A stretch of 63,753 nucleotides of DNA, counting the filler, from Octopus bimaculoides (Eukaryota): the NCBI RefSeq assembly GCF_001194135.2. It is 5 parts of 5 records of this genome, joined end to end, with 100 filler letters (N's around TTAATTAATTAA, not from the genome) between each part and the next. Parts side by side here need not be neighbours in the genome. Positions count along the whole stretch, not along the records: positions 1 to 15,896 come from NC_068987.1; positions 15,997 to 27,206 come from NC_068996.1; 3 more parts are not named here. One strand, given 5' to 3'. Every line of letters starts with the position of its first letter. Position 1 is the first letter of the stretch. The notes below the pieces were generated by a model that was given only the letters and a program-made list of their open reading frames with translations, was not told the origin of the DNA and searched no databases. The translations under genes were made by a program, and so were the position numbers. Of the stretch, positions 11,883 through 23,762 are shown piece by piece.

Positions 11883-13105
11883 AAATACAGTTAAATGATT
11901 GTGATATTCAAGTATGAAAGAGGAATTAGATAGAGATTAGGAGCTAAGATGTAGATTTATAAAGTTATTGGGATTACTTACCTAAGGGGTATTATGGAAA
12001 TATACTGTATGGTCATTTAGGCATTTGAATTTGTGGTAGAATTTGAATGTGTGAAAAAGCGGTGGTTGCATGTGCTTAGTGCCTAATTATGTTTATTTAG
12101 CCGTGTTGGAGGGGCGTTGCCCTCGGCAGGAAATCCCTGAATTCAGTAAGGACCATGATAGAGTATAGAGTATATTTGCATTTTTGAGATGAGGCATGTG
12201 GTTGACGAGTGTTGTAAATGTACTATGTCTATCGTATCTAAAAGAATGGAGGTGAGCGGCATATCGTTGCTTAAAAGTTTTGCTTGATCCTATGTATATA
12301 GCTGTAGAGTTGTGTAATAGATTAAGGACAGTGCATTTGTAAATTACATTATATCTTCTGCAATGAGTAGATGGTTCCTGTAACGGGTAGATAGATGGTT
12401 CCAGGACGGCAGTTACAATTAGGTGAATTTTGGGGATTGTGTTCAGTGATAGAGGAGGTAATATTGTCAGAGGAGAGGTTAGAGAAGGGGGTAGAAAAGT
12501 TTAGATTATTAGTATTATTAACATTATCGTTACCATCATTGTTATTATTACTATTGTTGTTATTAATTGTACTATTTGTAAGAGTGGTAGAGATTGTGGT
12601 GGTGTTCCGGGCAGTGTCAGTCTGATGGGTTGGGTTGTGGCTGTGGTTTAATGTAAGGGTATCTGTGCTGGAACTGTGTGTGTGTTGGGCGTTCGTATGA
12701 CTAGAGTTGTAATTATGTAAGTTTTGATAGTAAATAGAAAGCCTTTGCCTATTAGAGGCTGCTACAATAGATTCGAAGTTGGGTGGGGCAGAATAGGATA
12801 GTTTCAAGGTGTATCTATTAAAGCTAGAATATTCATGTTCCCGAGGGAAGTTAGAGTCTAGTATTTTAAAAAAGGATTTAGCTAAGTTCTTAACGTTAAG
12901 TGAGAACGGGGGTGTGTACCACAGAATAGAGCGTCCGCCGCTTTTTTAAGGATGTCTGGGAGTAGTGCTTTCTATGTTTTTAGATAAAGGAGTGGTATCT
13001 ATATTTTTGGAGAATGGAGGTGGGTGGCAAGTCCTGTTGTTGTTAGCTGTTTTAGTTGTTTTAGTTTTTGATCTAGTGTTAAATGTATGTGTGTGGGGTC
13101 TAGGT
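11065..13105 (-). mobile_element. Penelope-like element, 5'-truncated (linker + GIY-YIG + 3' region)
   Basis: Minus strand WYTPPFSLNV..FFKILDSNFPREH..FNRYTLKLSYS, CNCR, then NVIYKCTV..IYIGSSKTFKQRYAAHLHSF..LSWSLL. Hammerhead near 3' end; terminates at (TA)n 11053-11064. Confidence 0.9.
11127..11177 (-). ncRNA. Type-I hammerhead ribozyme fold, same family as 887-938
   Basis: Minus strand CCGATGA-A-GAGATAT/ATATCTC-A-GAAA-C-AGCT-G-TA|AGACC; perfect 7-bp stem II; U4>C; weak stem I. Confidence 0.75.
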
Positions 13106-13235
13106 TACCCCTCCAGATGCTGAGTTGCAAGCCGACTGACTTATCCCGGTTAACGTTTTCTCCTGCCACTGCCTCGTAGTCATTGATAGCTTTGCCTACT
13201 CTCTGTAGGTGTACCACCTCGGACGGACACATATA
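13105..13235 (-). mobile_element. L1/Tx1-like LINE RT fragment
   Basis: Translates LQRVGKAINDYEAVAGENVNRDKSVGLQLSIWRG, matching the Tx1 G.K(I/V)N..KS.GL..G.W motif. Confidence 0.6.
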
Positions 13236-13237
13236 TA

Positions 13238-13281
<44 letters not shown>

Positions 13282-13316
13282 TGTGTGTCTGTGTATCGCT
13301 TGTATTATAGGCTGAA

Positions 13317-13505
13317 GGCCAGAATTTTTGGTGGAAGGGCTTGTCGCTTACATCTACACCAGTGTCAAACTGGTACTTATTTCATCAATCCGGAAAGCTT
13401 GACGGGCAAAGGCGACCTCGGCAGAATATCAACTCAGAATGCAAAGACAGACGAAATGTCGCAAATCATTTTGTATGACGTGTTAACGATTCTGCCAGTT
13501 CGCCT
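13317..13505 (-). mobile_element. SINE family A
   Basis: Ends GTTAACGATTCTGCCAGTTCGCCT on + (family A head in reverse). Confidence 0.8.
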
Positions 13506-13589
13506 CATTTGTGTGTGCATATATATAGTCTTGAGCCCTCGGAGTATAAGGGCGGCTACTGGTTGCTAGTTTCGAGGTCAACAATTTGA

Positions 13590-13750
13590 GGGGAGGGGAG
13601 AAGCCGATTATATCAGCCCTAGTACTTGACAATTACTTTAATTATCGACCTCGTAAAGCTGAAAGACGAAGTCGAGTCTGGTAGAGTAAATACCTGGAAG
13701 AAATGTTACTACGCAAATTGTCCGACGTGCTAACGATTCTGCTAGCTTGC
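13590..13750 (-). mobile_element. SINE family A, diverged
   Basis: CTAACGATTCTGCTAGCTTGCC and ATCGACCTCG..GAAAG motifs. Confidence 0.65.
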
Positions 13751-14899
13751 CATGTATATGTGTATGTGTGTGTAATCATACATGTATGTATATACGTGAC
13801 AACTTCTCGTCACATCTACATCATATTTATAGGGAAAAACCTGACTAGTTTTACTACAAATTCTGCCAAACGAATTCTATTCATAAAATATTAATCAGCC
13901 GAAACTATGGTAGAAGACGCCTAATGTCATCACGCATTTAGATCGAACTGGAAATCACGAAGTAGCTAACTTAATAACCAGGTGCCTGTGCATTGGCCAT
14001 GATTTAACATTAAAATGTAATAGAAGGAAACCGAAGAAAGGCTATTCAGTTCCTTTGAAGATCCAATGAAGATATAACAAAATATTTATTATAAAAATGT
14101 GCAATATTTCGTATTTAATCTTTTCTTACTAGCATATTTGTTGTCACAATAATCAATAGAGTTTCGCAATATCGATGAAACAATCGATATTTCTCGTATG
14201 TTTATTTTTCACTGAAAGTATTTCCTGAAATAATGAAATGAAGGAAAGCAATGTGTTAAGAGACCTACAGATATTGCACTGATTGGATTAGATTAAGGGT
14301 TTTCTCGTTTCAATGTATAGCATATTAAACGGTTGGAGTATCAAAAAGAACAGAATGTTCGTATACACCGGGATGAGGAGATTTTTTTATGAACTTGAAA
14401 GGTGGCATCAAATGCAATCTAATAAGACCACATTAAAAGAGAACATTTGAAGCAAGTGGAAAAATGTAAATTACATTTTTTGCGAAAAATGCAATACTTA
14501 TTAAAATAAGGAATAAAAAATACAAACTGATGTGATTTTAGACATTTTATTGATTTTGCTTTGAGGTTTTAAGAATGTTGTTTCTGTTTTACATAGCAGT
14601 ACTGGAATATTCGGATTTAGTATGGTGCATCACAATTTAACATGGTCTTCCAGATGCTTATGTGTTACTAGACAACTTAAAAGCATTTTAGTTTTCATTA
14701 GAAGGTGAGTCCCCAGCATTAAATGGCTGAGGAATAAATGCTTATATTCAAAAATAGTCTCGCTCTGAAGTTTGTATTGAAAGGCTTCAGAGATCACGGG
14801 TATAAGCAGTTGGGAAGTCGAACTCAATTTACACCCTTTGGCTTAGTGCCTTTACATTTTAAGTTAAAATTCTGGCTTTACATTTTGATTTCAGATTTT

Positions 14900-15100
14900 G
14901 ACACAAGGCCAGCAATTTCGGGGAAGGAGTAAGTGGGTTACATCGACTCCAGCGCTCAACGGGTACTCATTTTATTGACTCCAAAAAGATGAAAGGCAAA
15001 GTCGACCTCGGCGGAATTTGAGCTCAGAACGTGCAGACGGCGAAATGCTGCTAAGCATTTTGCCTGGCAAACTAACGATTCAGCCAGCTAGCCGCCTTAA
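14900..15100 (-). mobile_element. SINE family A
   Basis: ACAAGGCCAGCAATTT..GGCAAAGTCGACCTCGGCGGAATTTGAGCTCAGAACG..CTAACGATTC. Confidence 0.85.
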
Positions 15101-15534
15101 AAAAAGGGTTGGAGTCCTGCTCACGCAGAAATACTAACCTGGTTAATTACCCCATTCATTTGGCTTCCCATATTATCAACCCAAAATGAATATGAACAAC
15201 AGACATATACAGAGAACACGTGAAAGAATGATAGACAGTGAGACAAACCCTTCAGGCATTAATCTGATGCCATTTATCGTCAGTTTAGATCAGACCATTT
15301 TCTTTCCAGGAGGGAAAAGTCAACTATCAGTTCAATTTATAGTCTCATAACATACATTAAATGTGAATGGAATTCTAACACTTGATTATATCTTGTACTC
15401 AATAATACATTGATCTTAAAACTGATAAAAAGGAAATATGTAATTATATTCTATGTATATATAAATATATATATAACATAATATAAATATTATATATATA
15501 ATATATTTTATATATATATATATATACAGATATA

Positions 15535-15896
15535 GGGCAGGGAATCGTCAATTAGTAATAAAATTAATAATTAACAATTTAGCCAAGTAGTTCAGTATGA
15601 AAAAACCTTTATCGGTAAAACCATTTATAATCACAAAATACAGGGATTAGCATTAGCTGCTTCTCCAACATACTGAGAATTTAGAAATAGCAGTCAAAGA
15701 ACTACTGATTCTAAACTACAAATTTTTTCTCTAACGGATGGCGATATTTTATGGCAAGCAAAAACAAACCTGCCTTTAGTTAATTGGATACGACGTTTAA
15801 CGGTTAAGAGCATGAAGTTACTCTATTCCGCTCTTCAGCCCAATATTCTGATAAATTTGAAAGTGTCTCTAAAAAACCCACGGTAATTTTGGCCAT
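15535..15896 (-). mobile_element. Probable PLE terminal repeat fragment carrying a hammerhead
   Basis: Contains the HHR at 15783-15844; minus-strand 3' end ..CCC abuts (TA)n; 5' end lost in gap. Confidence 0.55.
15783..15844 (-). ncRNA. Type-I hammerhead ribozyme fold
   Basis: ATTGGG-CTGAAGA-GCGG-AAT-AGAGTA-(ACTTCA)-TGCTCT-TAA-CCGT-TAAA-C-GTC-G-TA|TCCAAT; only core defect is GAAA>TAAA. Confidence 0.75.
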
Positions 15897-15996
15897 NNNN
15901 NNNNNNNNNNNNNNNNNNNNNNNNNNNNNNNNNNNNNNNNTTAATTAATTAANNNNNNNNNNNNNNNNNNNNNNNNNNNNNNNNNNNNNNNNNNNN

Positions 15997-16048
15997 GCTT
16001 GCTTCTCCAGGTGCCGAGCCGCAAGCCCACTGACTTATCCCGGTTAGA
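15997..16048 (-). mobile_element. L1/Tx1-like RT fragment, same segment as 13105-13152
   Basis: Translates NRDKSVGLRLGTWRSK; nucleotide match to 13111-13152. Confidence 0.55.
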
Positions 16049-16069
16049 TAGATTAGATAGATAGATAGG

Positions 16070-16116
<47 letters not shown>

Positions 16117-16178
16117 GTAGGTAGGTCGGTCGGTAGGTAGGTAGGTAGGTAGGTAGACAGATAGGTAGAAAGATAGAC

Positions 16179-16211
<33 letters not shown>

Positions 16212-16929
16212 CATAGACAGACAGACAGTCAGAGGTGGATGATTAAGAAGAAAAGACAGTAAAATACGGTTTTCGTTTGGCGTTATTCAAAGAAAGAATA
16301 TCAAAATTATTGAAAAGTGACCAAAAAAAAAAAAACCCAAAAATGTCTGGCGGAAAAAAACATAAAGAAACGTCTGCGATTGCTTTGATTGAACCAATTT
16401 TTCTTCAGGTTAGGTATATTATGTATTCACATGTATACTACATGGATAACAACTGTCGTTGTTGCTGCTGTTGTCGTTGTTCTTTTTCCTTAAGCTGATG
16501 CTGATGATGTCCATGAGTAATTTTGTCGATGAATCATTTGAACTTGTTGAGAATGACTCACTGAAATTTAGGGGATGCAAACGAGGCTCTTTACTGAATA
16601 AATCATATCCGAAATGTTACTGATTTCATATGGATACATATACATAATATATGTGAGTGTGTGCGTATGTATGTGCGCGTCTGTATCTGTGTGAGAATGC
16701 GTGTGTACGCGACACATATACAATGTATATATTATTTTGTTTTTATCCTTTTAATTTCTGTTCAGTCATCGGAGTGTTGCCACGTTACAGCAAAAACCTT
16801 GGAGGTTTTCATTGGTCAAAGCTAATATACTAATCCTGCACTCATACGTACACACGCATACACACGCGATCGCGCTCACGAACACACACACATGAGTGTC
16901 TGTGTGTATCTTTGTATAGGTATACATAT

Positions 16930-16972
<43 letters not shown>

Positions 16973-17102
16973 TACGTCTTAGCTACTTTCTCGTATACGA
17001 GCATAGCCTTTGCTAGAAATAATACTTAAAATGAGTCAATGCTGATGCAACGTGAGGTTCTTGTATGCATTTCTGGCTTGCAGAAAGAACAGGTCCCACA
17101 GT

Positions 17103-17164
17103 ATGAACCCTTTTGACATGCCTTTTCAATCCTCCAGCTGAGAAGCACACCTTTCCGCAGGTTG

Positions 17165-17168
<4 letters not shown>
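17103..17168 (-). mobile_element. Isolated C2H2-type finger, probably LINE C-terminal remnant
   Basis: CATCGKVCFSAGGLKRHVKRVH directly after (TA)n; no TGEKP linker. Confidence 0.5.
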
Positions 17169-17210
<42 letters not shown>

Positions 17211-17689
17211 AGAGTAAGTGACTAAACTGGGAAAACTAACAGACCTTGGTAAAGCGGGTGGTTTTTCGTTGGACATCCTGCAGGACAAAAGACAAAACTG
17301 TCAAAGGGCAGCTGAACTCAAATCGAGTCAACAGCCACCCAACATCGGGGAAACAAAGGCACCAAGGCTTTGTTTAGATATCTCTCTACGAGAAAGAAAA
17401 CTGATGTAACACCTTCGACTTCGCTTGTATCCAATAATGTAAGCTAGTTATTCTTTTGGGTAAAATGCATTTTTAGTTTAGTGAGTGGGATTGGCCTTGT
17501 GTAAGGCATTTCTTCAATTTAAAAGCTTCAGGTACTGGCTTGTGCCTTTGGAATGTCTCTATTATGCGTTCCATATTATGGCTAACCGTAGCTCGTAGCT
17601 TAAAAAGGCAAAACACTCAATGAAGAATCACATAATAGAATGAAGGCGTATATCAGCGTGGGTAGTAAACCCTCTGGACTGATGCTAAT

Positions 17690-19400
17690 TGTCTTTTGAT
17701 GTTGATCATGTAACCAGAGTATAACTTTATGTTTATCAACAGATGTGTGGGTGACATTAATTTTATTGTTTTCTGCATTTCCCATTATGTAGCCTTGGCA
17801 TTTCATTAACAGGGCTGACAAGGGATTCACTGCCAGTACAAACAACATTACAGATTAATTACCACCCCGGAATATGTCTTCTGATAGCTTAATTCTGTTT
17901 CGTTGCAATAGGTGTTGCTTAAGTAGTTGTCAATGATAACTATGTGGACCATGTTTTGGTCAGCCTTTTAATGACATTCACTATAGCAGCTGGTACTTTG
18001 GCAAGGTGTAGTGATTCTATCACCCATGCGTGAGGCACAGAGTCGAGCGCCTTCTTGTAGTCTAGCCGTATCGTTAAGAGGATACAGCGATATTGCTTGG
18101 CTTCCTTAAGGACGGTTTTATTGAGGAGGAGCTGTTCAGCACCGTCCCAGACTCCGTTCTTTCCTTCTACCTGTTCATCATTTATAACATCATTTGTTTG
18201 GCAGTGTTTTTAGAATAAACTATTCGGACAACCTGTGAACAGTTTGTATACGTCATTCAAGCAGGCTATGGGCCTATAGTTTTTTGGCTACATGGATCTC
18301 TTTGTTCTCAAGGATAAGAGTAGTCTGTGAAACCGTCAGCCAATATAGTATATCTTGCTCATGAGGGTTTCCTTACAAAGCGTGCACTTTTTTGTACTAG
18401 TAGCCTACTATCAGGTAAGTCTCTCGCAGGGGATTTCCCATTCGGCTATTTCATAATAACCCTCAAGAGTGTTTCGCTGGTAATGTTATATGTTTTAGGA
18501 GAAGCGTTTACACACTACTCACTTTGTAGGTTGTTTAACCATGCTGCATCGCGGTTGTGTTCTTTATTTACATTCCAGAATCCCCACCAGAATGATTCTA
18601 TATCTTCACAGAGAGGAGTATTGACTCCCTTGATGGTATCGCCTTTCATACTGCGATATACACTTGTGGGTTTCGGTCAAACTTTTGGTTTATCATTTTC
18701 CGTTCATGTAATTTTTGACAATATCGAAGTTTTTTTACTTACCGCTTATAGACTGTTTGAGGTTGTTTCTTGTGTTACTTGTGAGTATTTGTCGGCGGCA
18801 GTTTCTATACAATTTAGAGATTTTATCACACAGTCATATCTGCTGCTTCGTGAATTTCTTTTTAGCTTTGCATTTGATGATAGTGCCCAACTGCCATATC
18901 TTTTTCCTGAGTCCATTGATGTTATTTTGGAAGAAGGTAATCCATTTTGGTTCAGCACCATCATTTCGATCGGTATCTTTTACGCCCAGTTACCCCGGCA
19001 CAATAAAGCAGGATACTTACTACCCAAAAGTTAGCAGTTTCAATTTGAGTTACTTGTTCTCTCGCAATTTCGTCGATCACGGATAACGTCAGATCGGTTG
19101 AGTTCTTCCTCCCAACTCGTGTAGGTATTGTTCTCTCATACAGTGCCTTATATATATAAGTAGTGAAATTCTGCTTGAACTTGAACGCAAGCTGTGATTT
19201 TAGCATTATATAATCCTCACTTATTTCTGTGAAATCATAAGTGGTTGCCATAAGTGGCAGTGGTTTGTTCTTATTTTGTACGGCTTGGTCGTGTTTCTTG
19301 TCGTCCACAGTCTCTTCGCGCAAAAATGTTTGCTGTATTATTAATACGAGTATTATGATTTTGGTATTTTGGTTGAGTAATTTTGGGTGGTAGGGTAGCA
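17690..19400 (-). mobile_element. R4/Dong-like non-LTR retrotransposon, decayed
   Basis: Minus strand YRPIACLNDVYKLFTG, GAEQLLLNKTVL, LDYKKALDSVPHAW, MLFVLAVNPLS..GY; N-terminal ..FWVVSILLYCAGVT. Many stops and frameshifts. Confidence 0.85.
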
Positions 19401-20671
19401 TATTTCTTTTCCACAAATGCAGCTTACTGGCGTATGTATGTATCTACATATGTATGTATGTACGTACGTACGTACGTACGTACGTACGTATGTATGTATG
19501 TATGTATGCATGTATGTATGTATGTGTATACTACATACTTCCTCGTTATTATCTTGTGATCCGAGAATAATGAACATATATTTCTTCTAAATTATCTTTT
19601 CTCTTTTCTCTTTCTATCGCACTCTCATTACGCGCACACAGACATACATACACACTCACAAACAACACACACACTCACACACACACACACACACACACAT
19701 CAACACATTAATTTGCTGCTTAGAACGCCTGTCAAACTTAATAGTCAATTTTTTTTCAGTCCTTATTTGTGTTCTGTTGTTATGCCTTACTCTGTTGTTT
19801 AGTCATATATGCATATATATATATACATACATACATATATANNNNNNNNNNCACATCAACACATTAATTTGCTGCTTAGAACGCCTGTCAAACTTAATAG
19901 TCAATTTTTTTTCAGTCCTTATTTGTGTTCTGTTGTTATGCCTTACTCTGTTGTTTAGTCATATATGCATATATATATATACATATATATCTATCTATGT
20001 ACATATACCTTTCACACTTTCCAATTTTACAGTTATATATATATATATACTTGACTGTATGTATGCGTGTAGATATGATCCTGTGTTTGTAAGCTTGCAT
20101 GCATATATGTATGAATGGTTCGTGTGTGTGTGCCTGAAGTGGAGGGAGTTGTTTGTTCCTTCGGAAAGATGCCGAAAAAGAAATTTATAGTTCCTCCCCA
20201 CTGCCCCCCAACACCTACTCATTAAATTTCTGCTCACATTAGCGTGTGATTAACATACAGGCGCGTGCGCGCGCACAGACACGGAAACACACACACACAC
20301 ACATGCACACACACTCACGAAAACGCGCCGCGTTCTATAACACAATGTACACCTGTATGCGTTGTTGTCTTCCTTTTGGATTTTTCTTTTGTTTCTACTT
20401 TGAGGTACATATGTGTATATATCTGTCTATGTATGTATGTATGTATTATGTATGTATGTATGTATGCATGTATGTATGTATGGATAGATGTATGTGTGTA
20501 TGTATGTATGTATGTATGTATGTATGTATATATGTATATATGGGTGCGTTTATATGTATGTGAATGTATGTGAATGTATGTATACGTGCATGTATATGTG
20601 TACACCAATATATTACTATATCTGTACGTGTGCATTCACATTTACGCACTTTGAGTATACACTTCGTTTTG

Positions 20672-20713
<42 letters not shown>

Positions 20714-21529
20714 NNNNNNNNNNNNNNNNNNNNNNNNNNNNNNNNNNNNNNNNNNNNNNNNNNNNNNNNNNNNNNNNNNNNNNNNNNNNNNNNNNNNNNN
20801 NNNNNNNNNNNNNNNNNNNNNNNNNNNNNNNNNNNNNNNNNNNNNNNNNNNNNNNNNNNNNNNNNNNNNNNNNNNNNNNNNNNNNNNNNNNNNNNNNNNN
20901 NNNNNNNNNNNNNNNNNNNNNNNNNNNNNNNNNNNNNNNNNNNNNNNNNNNNNNNNNNNNNNNNNNNNNNNNNNNNNNNNNNNNNNNNNNNNNNNNNNNN
21001 NNNNNNNNNNNNNNNNNNNNNNNNNNNNNNNNNNNNNNNNNNNNNNNNNNNNNNNNNNNNNNNNNNNNNNNNNNNNNNNNNNNNNNNNNNNNNNNNNNNN
21101 NNNNNNNNNNNNNNNNNNNNNNNNNNNNNNNNNNNNNNNNNNNNNNNNNNNNNNNNNNNNNNNNNNNNNNNNNNNNNNNNNNNNNNNNNNNNNNNNNNNN
21201 NNNNNNNNNNNNNNNNNNNNNNNNNNNNNNNNNNNNNNNNNNNNNNNNNNNNNNNNNNNNNNNNNNNNNNNNNNNNNNNNNNNNNNNNNNNNNNNNNNNN
21301 NNNNNNNNNNNNNNNNNNNNNNNNNNNNNNNNNNNNNNNNNNNNNNNNNNNNNNNNNNNNNNNNNNNNNNNNNNNNNNNNNNNNNNNNNNNNNNNNNNNN
21401 NNNNNNNNNNNNNNNNNNNNNNNNNNNNNNNNNNNNNNNNNNNNNNNNNNNNNNNNNNNNNNNNNNNNNNNNNNNNNNNNNNNNNNNNNNNNNNNNNNNN
21501 NNNNNNNNNNNNNNNNNNNNNNNNNNNNN

Positions 21530-21564
<35 letters not shown>

Positions 21565-21567
<3 letters not shown>

Positions 21568-21722
21568 GCTTCTTCCAGTTTCTGTCTACCAAATCCACTC
21601 ACAAGGCTTTGGTCGGTTCAAAGATATGGCGGAATCACTTGCCCAAGATGCCTCGCAGTGGGACTGAACCCGGAACTATGTGGCTGGTAAGCAAGCTACA
21701 TACCACACAGCCACTCCTGCGC
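21565..21722 (-). mobile_element. tRNA-derived SINE family C
   Basis: Reverse complement GGAGTGGCTGTGTGGTATGTAGCTTGC..GGTTCAGTCCCACTGCG..CTTGGGCAAG..GTGAGTGGATTTGGTAGAC. Confidence 0.85.
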
Positions 21723-23429
21723 CTATATATGTATGCATATACACATATATACGTGTGCATTTACATTTATGCAGTTTGAGTATATACATCGTTTCTGGGT
21801 CATGAGTATATATGTGTATATGTTTGTGCGTATACAAGGGTGTATTTCTCCATATATGTACACACTGTATGTACTTCTTTAAAAAGGTGTATTTCTGCAT
21901 GTGTGCATCTGTATCGTGACACCCCGACGGTTAGGACGTCGACAGAGAAGAAAAAGGGACAAGTTGAATACGGTTGTAACCATATCATTAGTACTTCTCC
22001 ATCTTTTGTTTTCTTTATACATACATACATACACACACACAAACACACACACACAAACACACACATCTATATATGTATGTATGTATATATATATATATNN
22101 NNNNNNNNNNNNNNNNNNNNNNNNNNNNNNNNNNNNNNNNNNNNNNNNNNNNNNNNNNNNNNNNNNNNNNNNNNNNNNNNNNNNNNNNNNNNNNNNNNNN
22201 NNNNNNNNNNNNNNNNNNNNNNNNNNNNNNNNNNNNNNNNNNNNNNNNNNNNNNNNNNNNNNNNNNNNNNNNNNNNNNNNNNNNNNNNNNNNNNNNNNNN
22301 NNNNNNNNNNNNNNNNNNNNNNNNNNNNNNNNNNNNNNNNNNNNNNNNNNNNNNNNNNNNNNNNNNNNNNNNNNNNNNNNNNNNNNNNNNNNNNNNNNNN
22401 NNNNNNNNNNNNNNNNNNNNNNNNNNNNNNNNNNNNNNNNNNNNNNNNNNNNNNNNNNNNNNNNNNNNNNNNNNNNNNNNNNNNNNNNNNNNNNNNNNNN
22501 NNNNNNNNNNNNNNNNNNNNNNNNNNNNNNNNNNNNNNNNNNNNNNNNNNNNNNNNNNNNNNNNNNNNNNNNNNNNNNNNNNNNNNNNNNNNNNNNNNNN
22601 NNNNNNNNNNNNNNNNNNNNNNNNNNNNNNNNNNNNNNNNNNNNNNNNNNNNNNNNNNNNNNNNNNNNNNNNNNNNNNNNNNNNNNNNNNNNNNNNNNNN
22701 NNNNNNNNNNNNNNNNNNNNNNNNNNNNNNNNNNNNNNNNNNNNNNNNNNNNNNNNNNNNNNNNNNNNNNNNNNNNNNNNNNNNNNNNNNNNNNNNNNNN
22801 NNNNNNNNNNNNNNNNNNNNNNNNGTGTTACATATCCCAGGACCTCAGGGATTACAGGTATAAAGCTGAACTTGTAATCTGGATAGTGTAATAGTATTAT
22901 GCATGTATGTATGCATGTATGTATGTACGTATGCATGCATTAATGCATGTGCATATAATTGTATGCATGTGCGTTTTTATGTGTATAGGATTATGAAATC
23001 ACTTTACCGTGTGTTATTCTGCTATGTTTTGTTTAAGACTGTCTTGTGTCTCATATAATTCGTACATGCATCTGTTTATACCTGCGTGTGTGCGTTTCGC
23101 ATCAATGTGTATTTACGTGAGTGTGTTATATTATACATGCACTTAATGTGTGTGTATGTGTATTGCATCTGAGTATGTACAGTGAATGCGTATACATGCA
23201 TATATGAGAGAGTGCGTTTGTGAATGTGCGTTAGTTTTATGTGCTAGTTGTCACCCCTCCGTCTTTTCCTTTTTGGAATTTTCTGGGGTTTTTTTTTTTA
23301 TTTTGTTAACAAAATCAATATTCTTTAACAGAACGAAAGCCAACTTGACGGCCATTTTGCACAATCCGTTCACGTGGTTAATCATGTTGCTGCATTGTTG
23401 TTGTATCACTAACGGCCACGTTAGTAATG

Positions 23430-23469
23430 ATGATGATGATGATGAAAGTAGTAATAGTTGTTATTGCTA

Positions 23470-23536
<67 letters not shown>

Positions 23537-23563
23537 AGTAGTGGTAGTAGTAGTAGTAGTAAC

Positions 23564-23597
<34 letters not shown>

Positions 23598-23629
23598 ATG
23601 TAGTAGTAGTAGTAGTGGTAGTGGTAGTG

Positions 23630-23668
<39 letters not shown>

Positions 23669-23696
23669 ATGTAGTAGTAGTAGTAGTAGTAGTAAC

Positions 23697-23733
<37 letters not shown>

Positions 23734-23762
23734 ATGTAGTAGTAGTAGTAGTAGTAGTAGTG
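23430..23762. repeat. (TAG/TGG)n compound trinucleotide microsatellite
   Basis: About 330 bp of GAT, TAG and TGG triplets. Confidence 0.95.

Noticed and set aside
14575-14700. VLEYSDLVW resembling a CR1/L2 LEY..VW motif
   Set aside because: A single short motif without flanking support.
15941-15952. TTAATTAATTAA flanked by 44 N on each side, repeated at 27251, 38081 and 61219
   Set aside because: Identical 100-bp pad with stops in all six frames: an assembly join marker, not biology.
18327-19034. 235-aa plus-strand ORF
   Set aside because: Antisense shadow of the decayed R4/Dong-like ORF.
19695-19985. Identical ~140-bp tandem duplication around a 10-N gap
   Set aside because: Perfect identity straddling a gap indicates overlapping contig ends.
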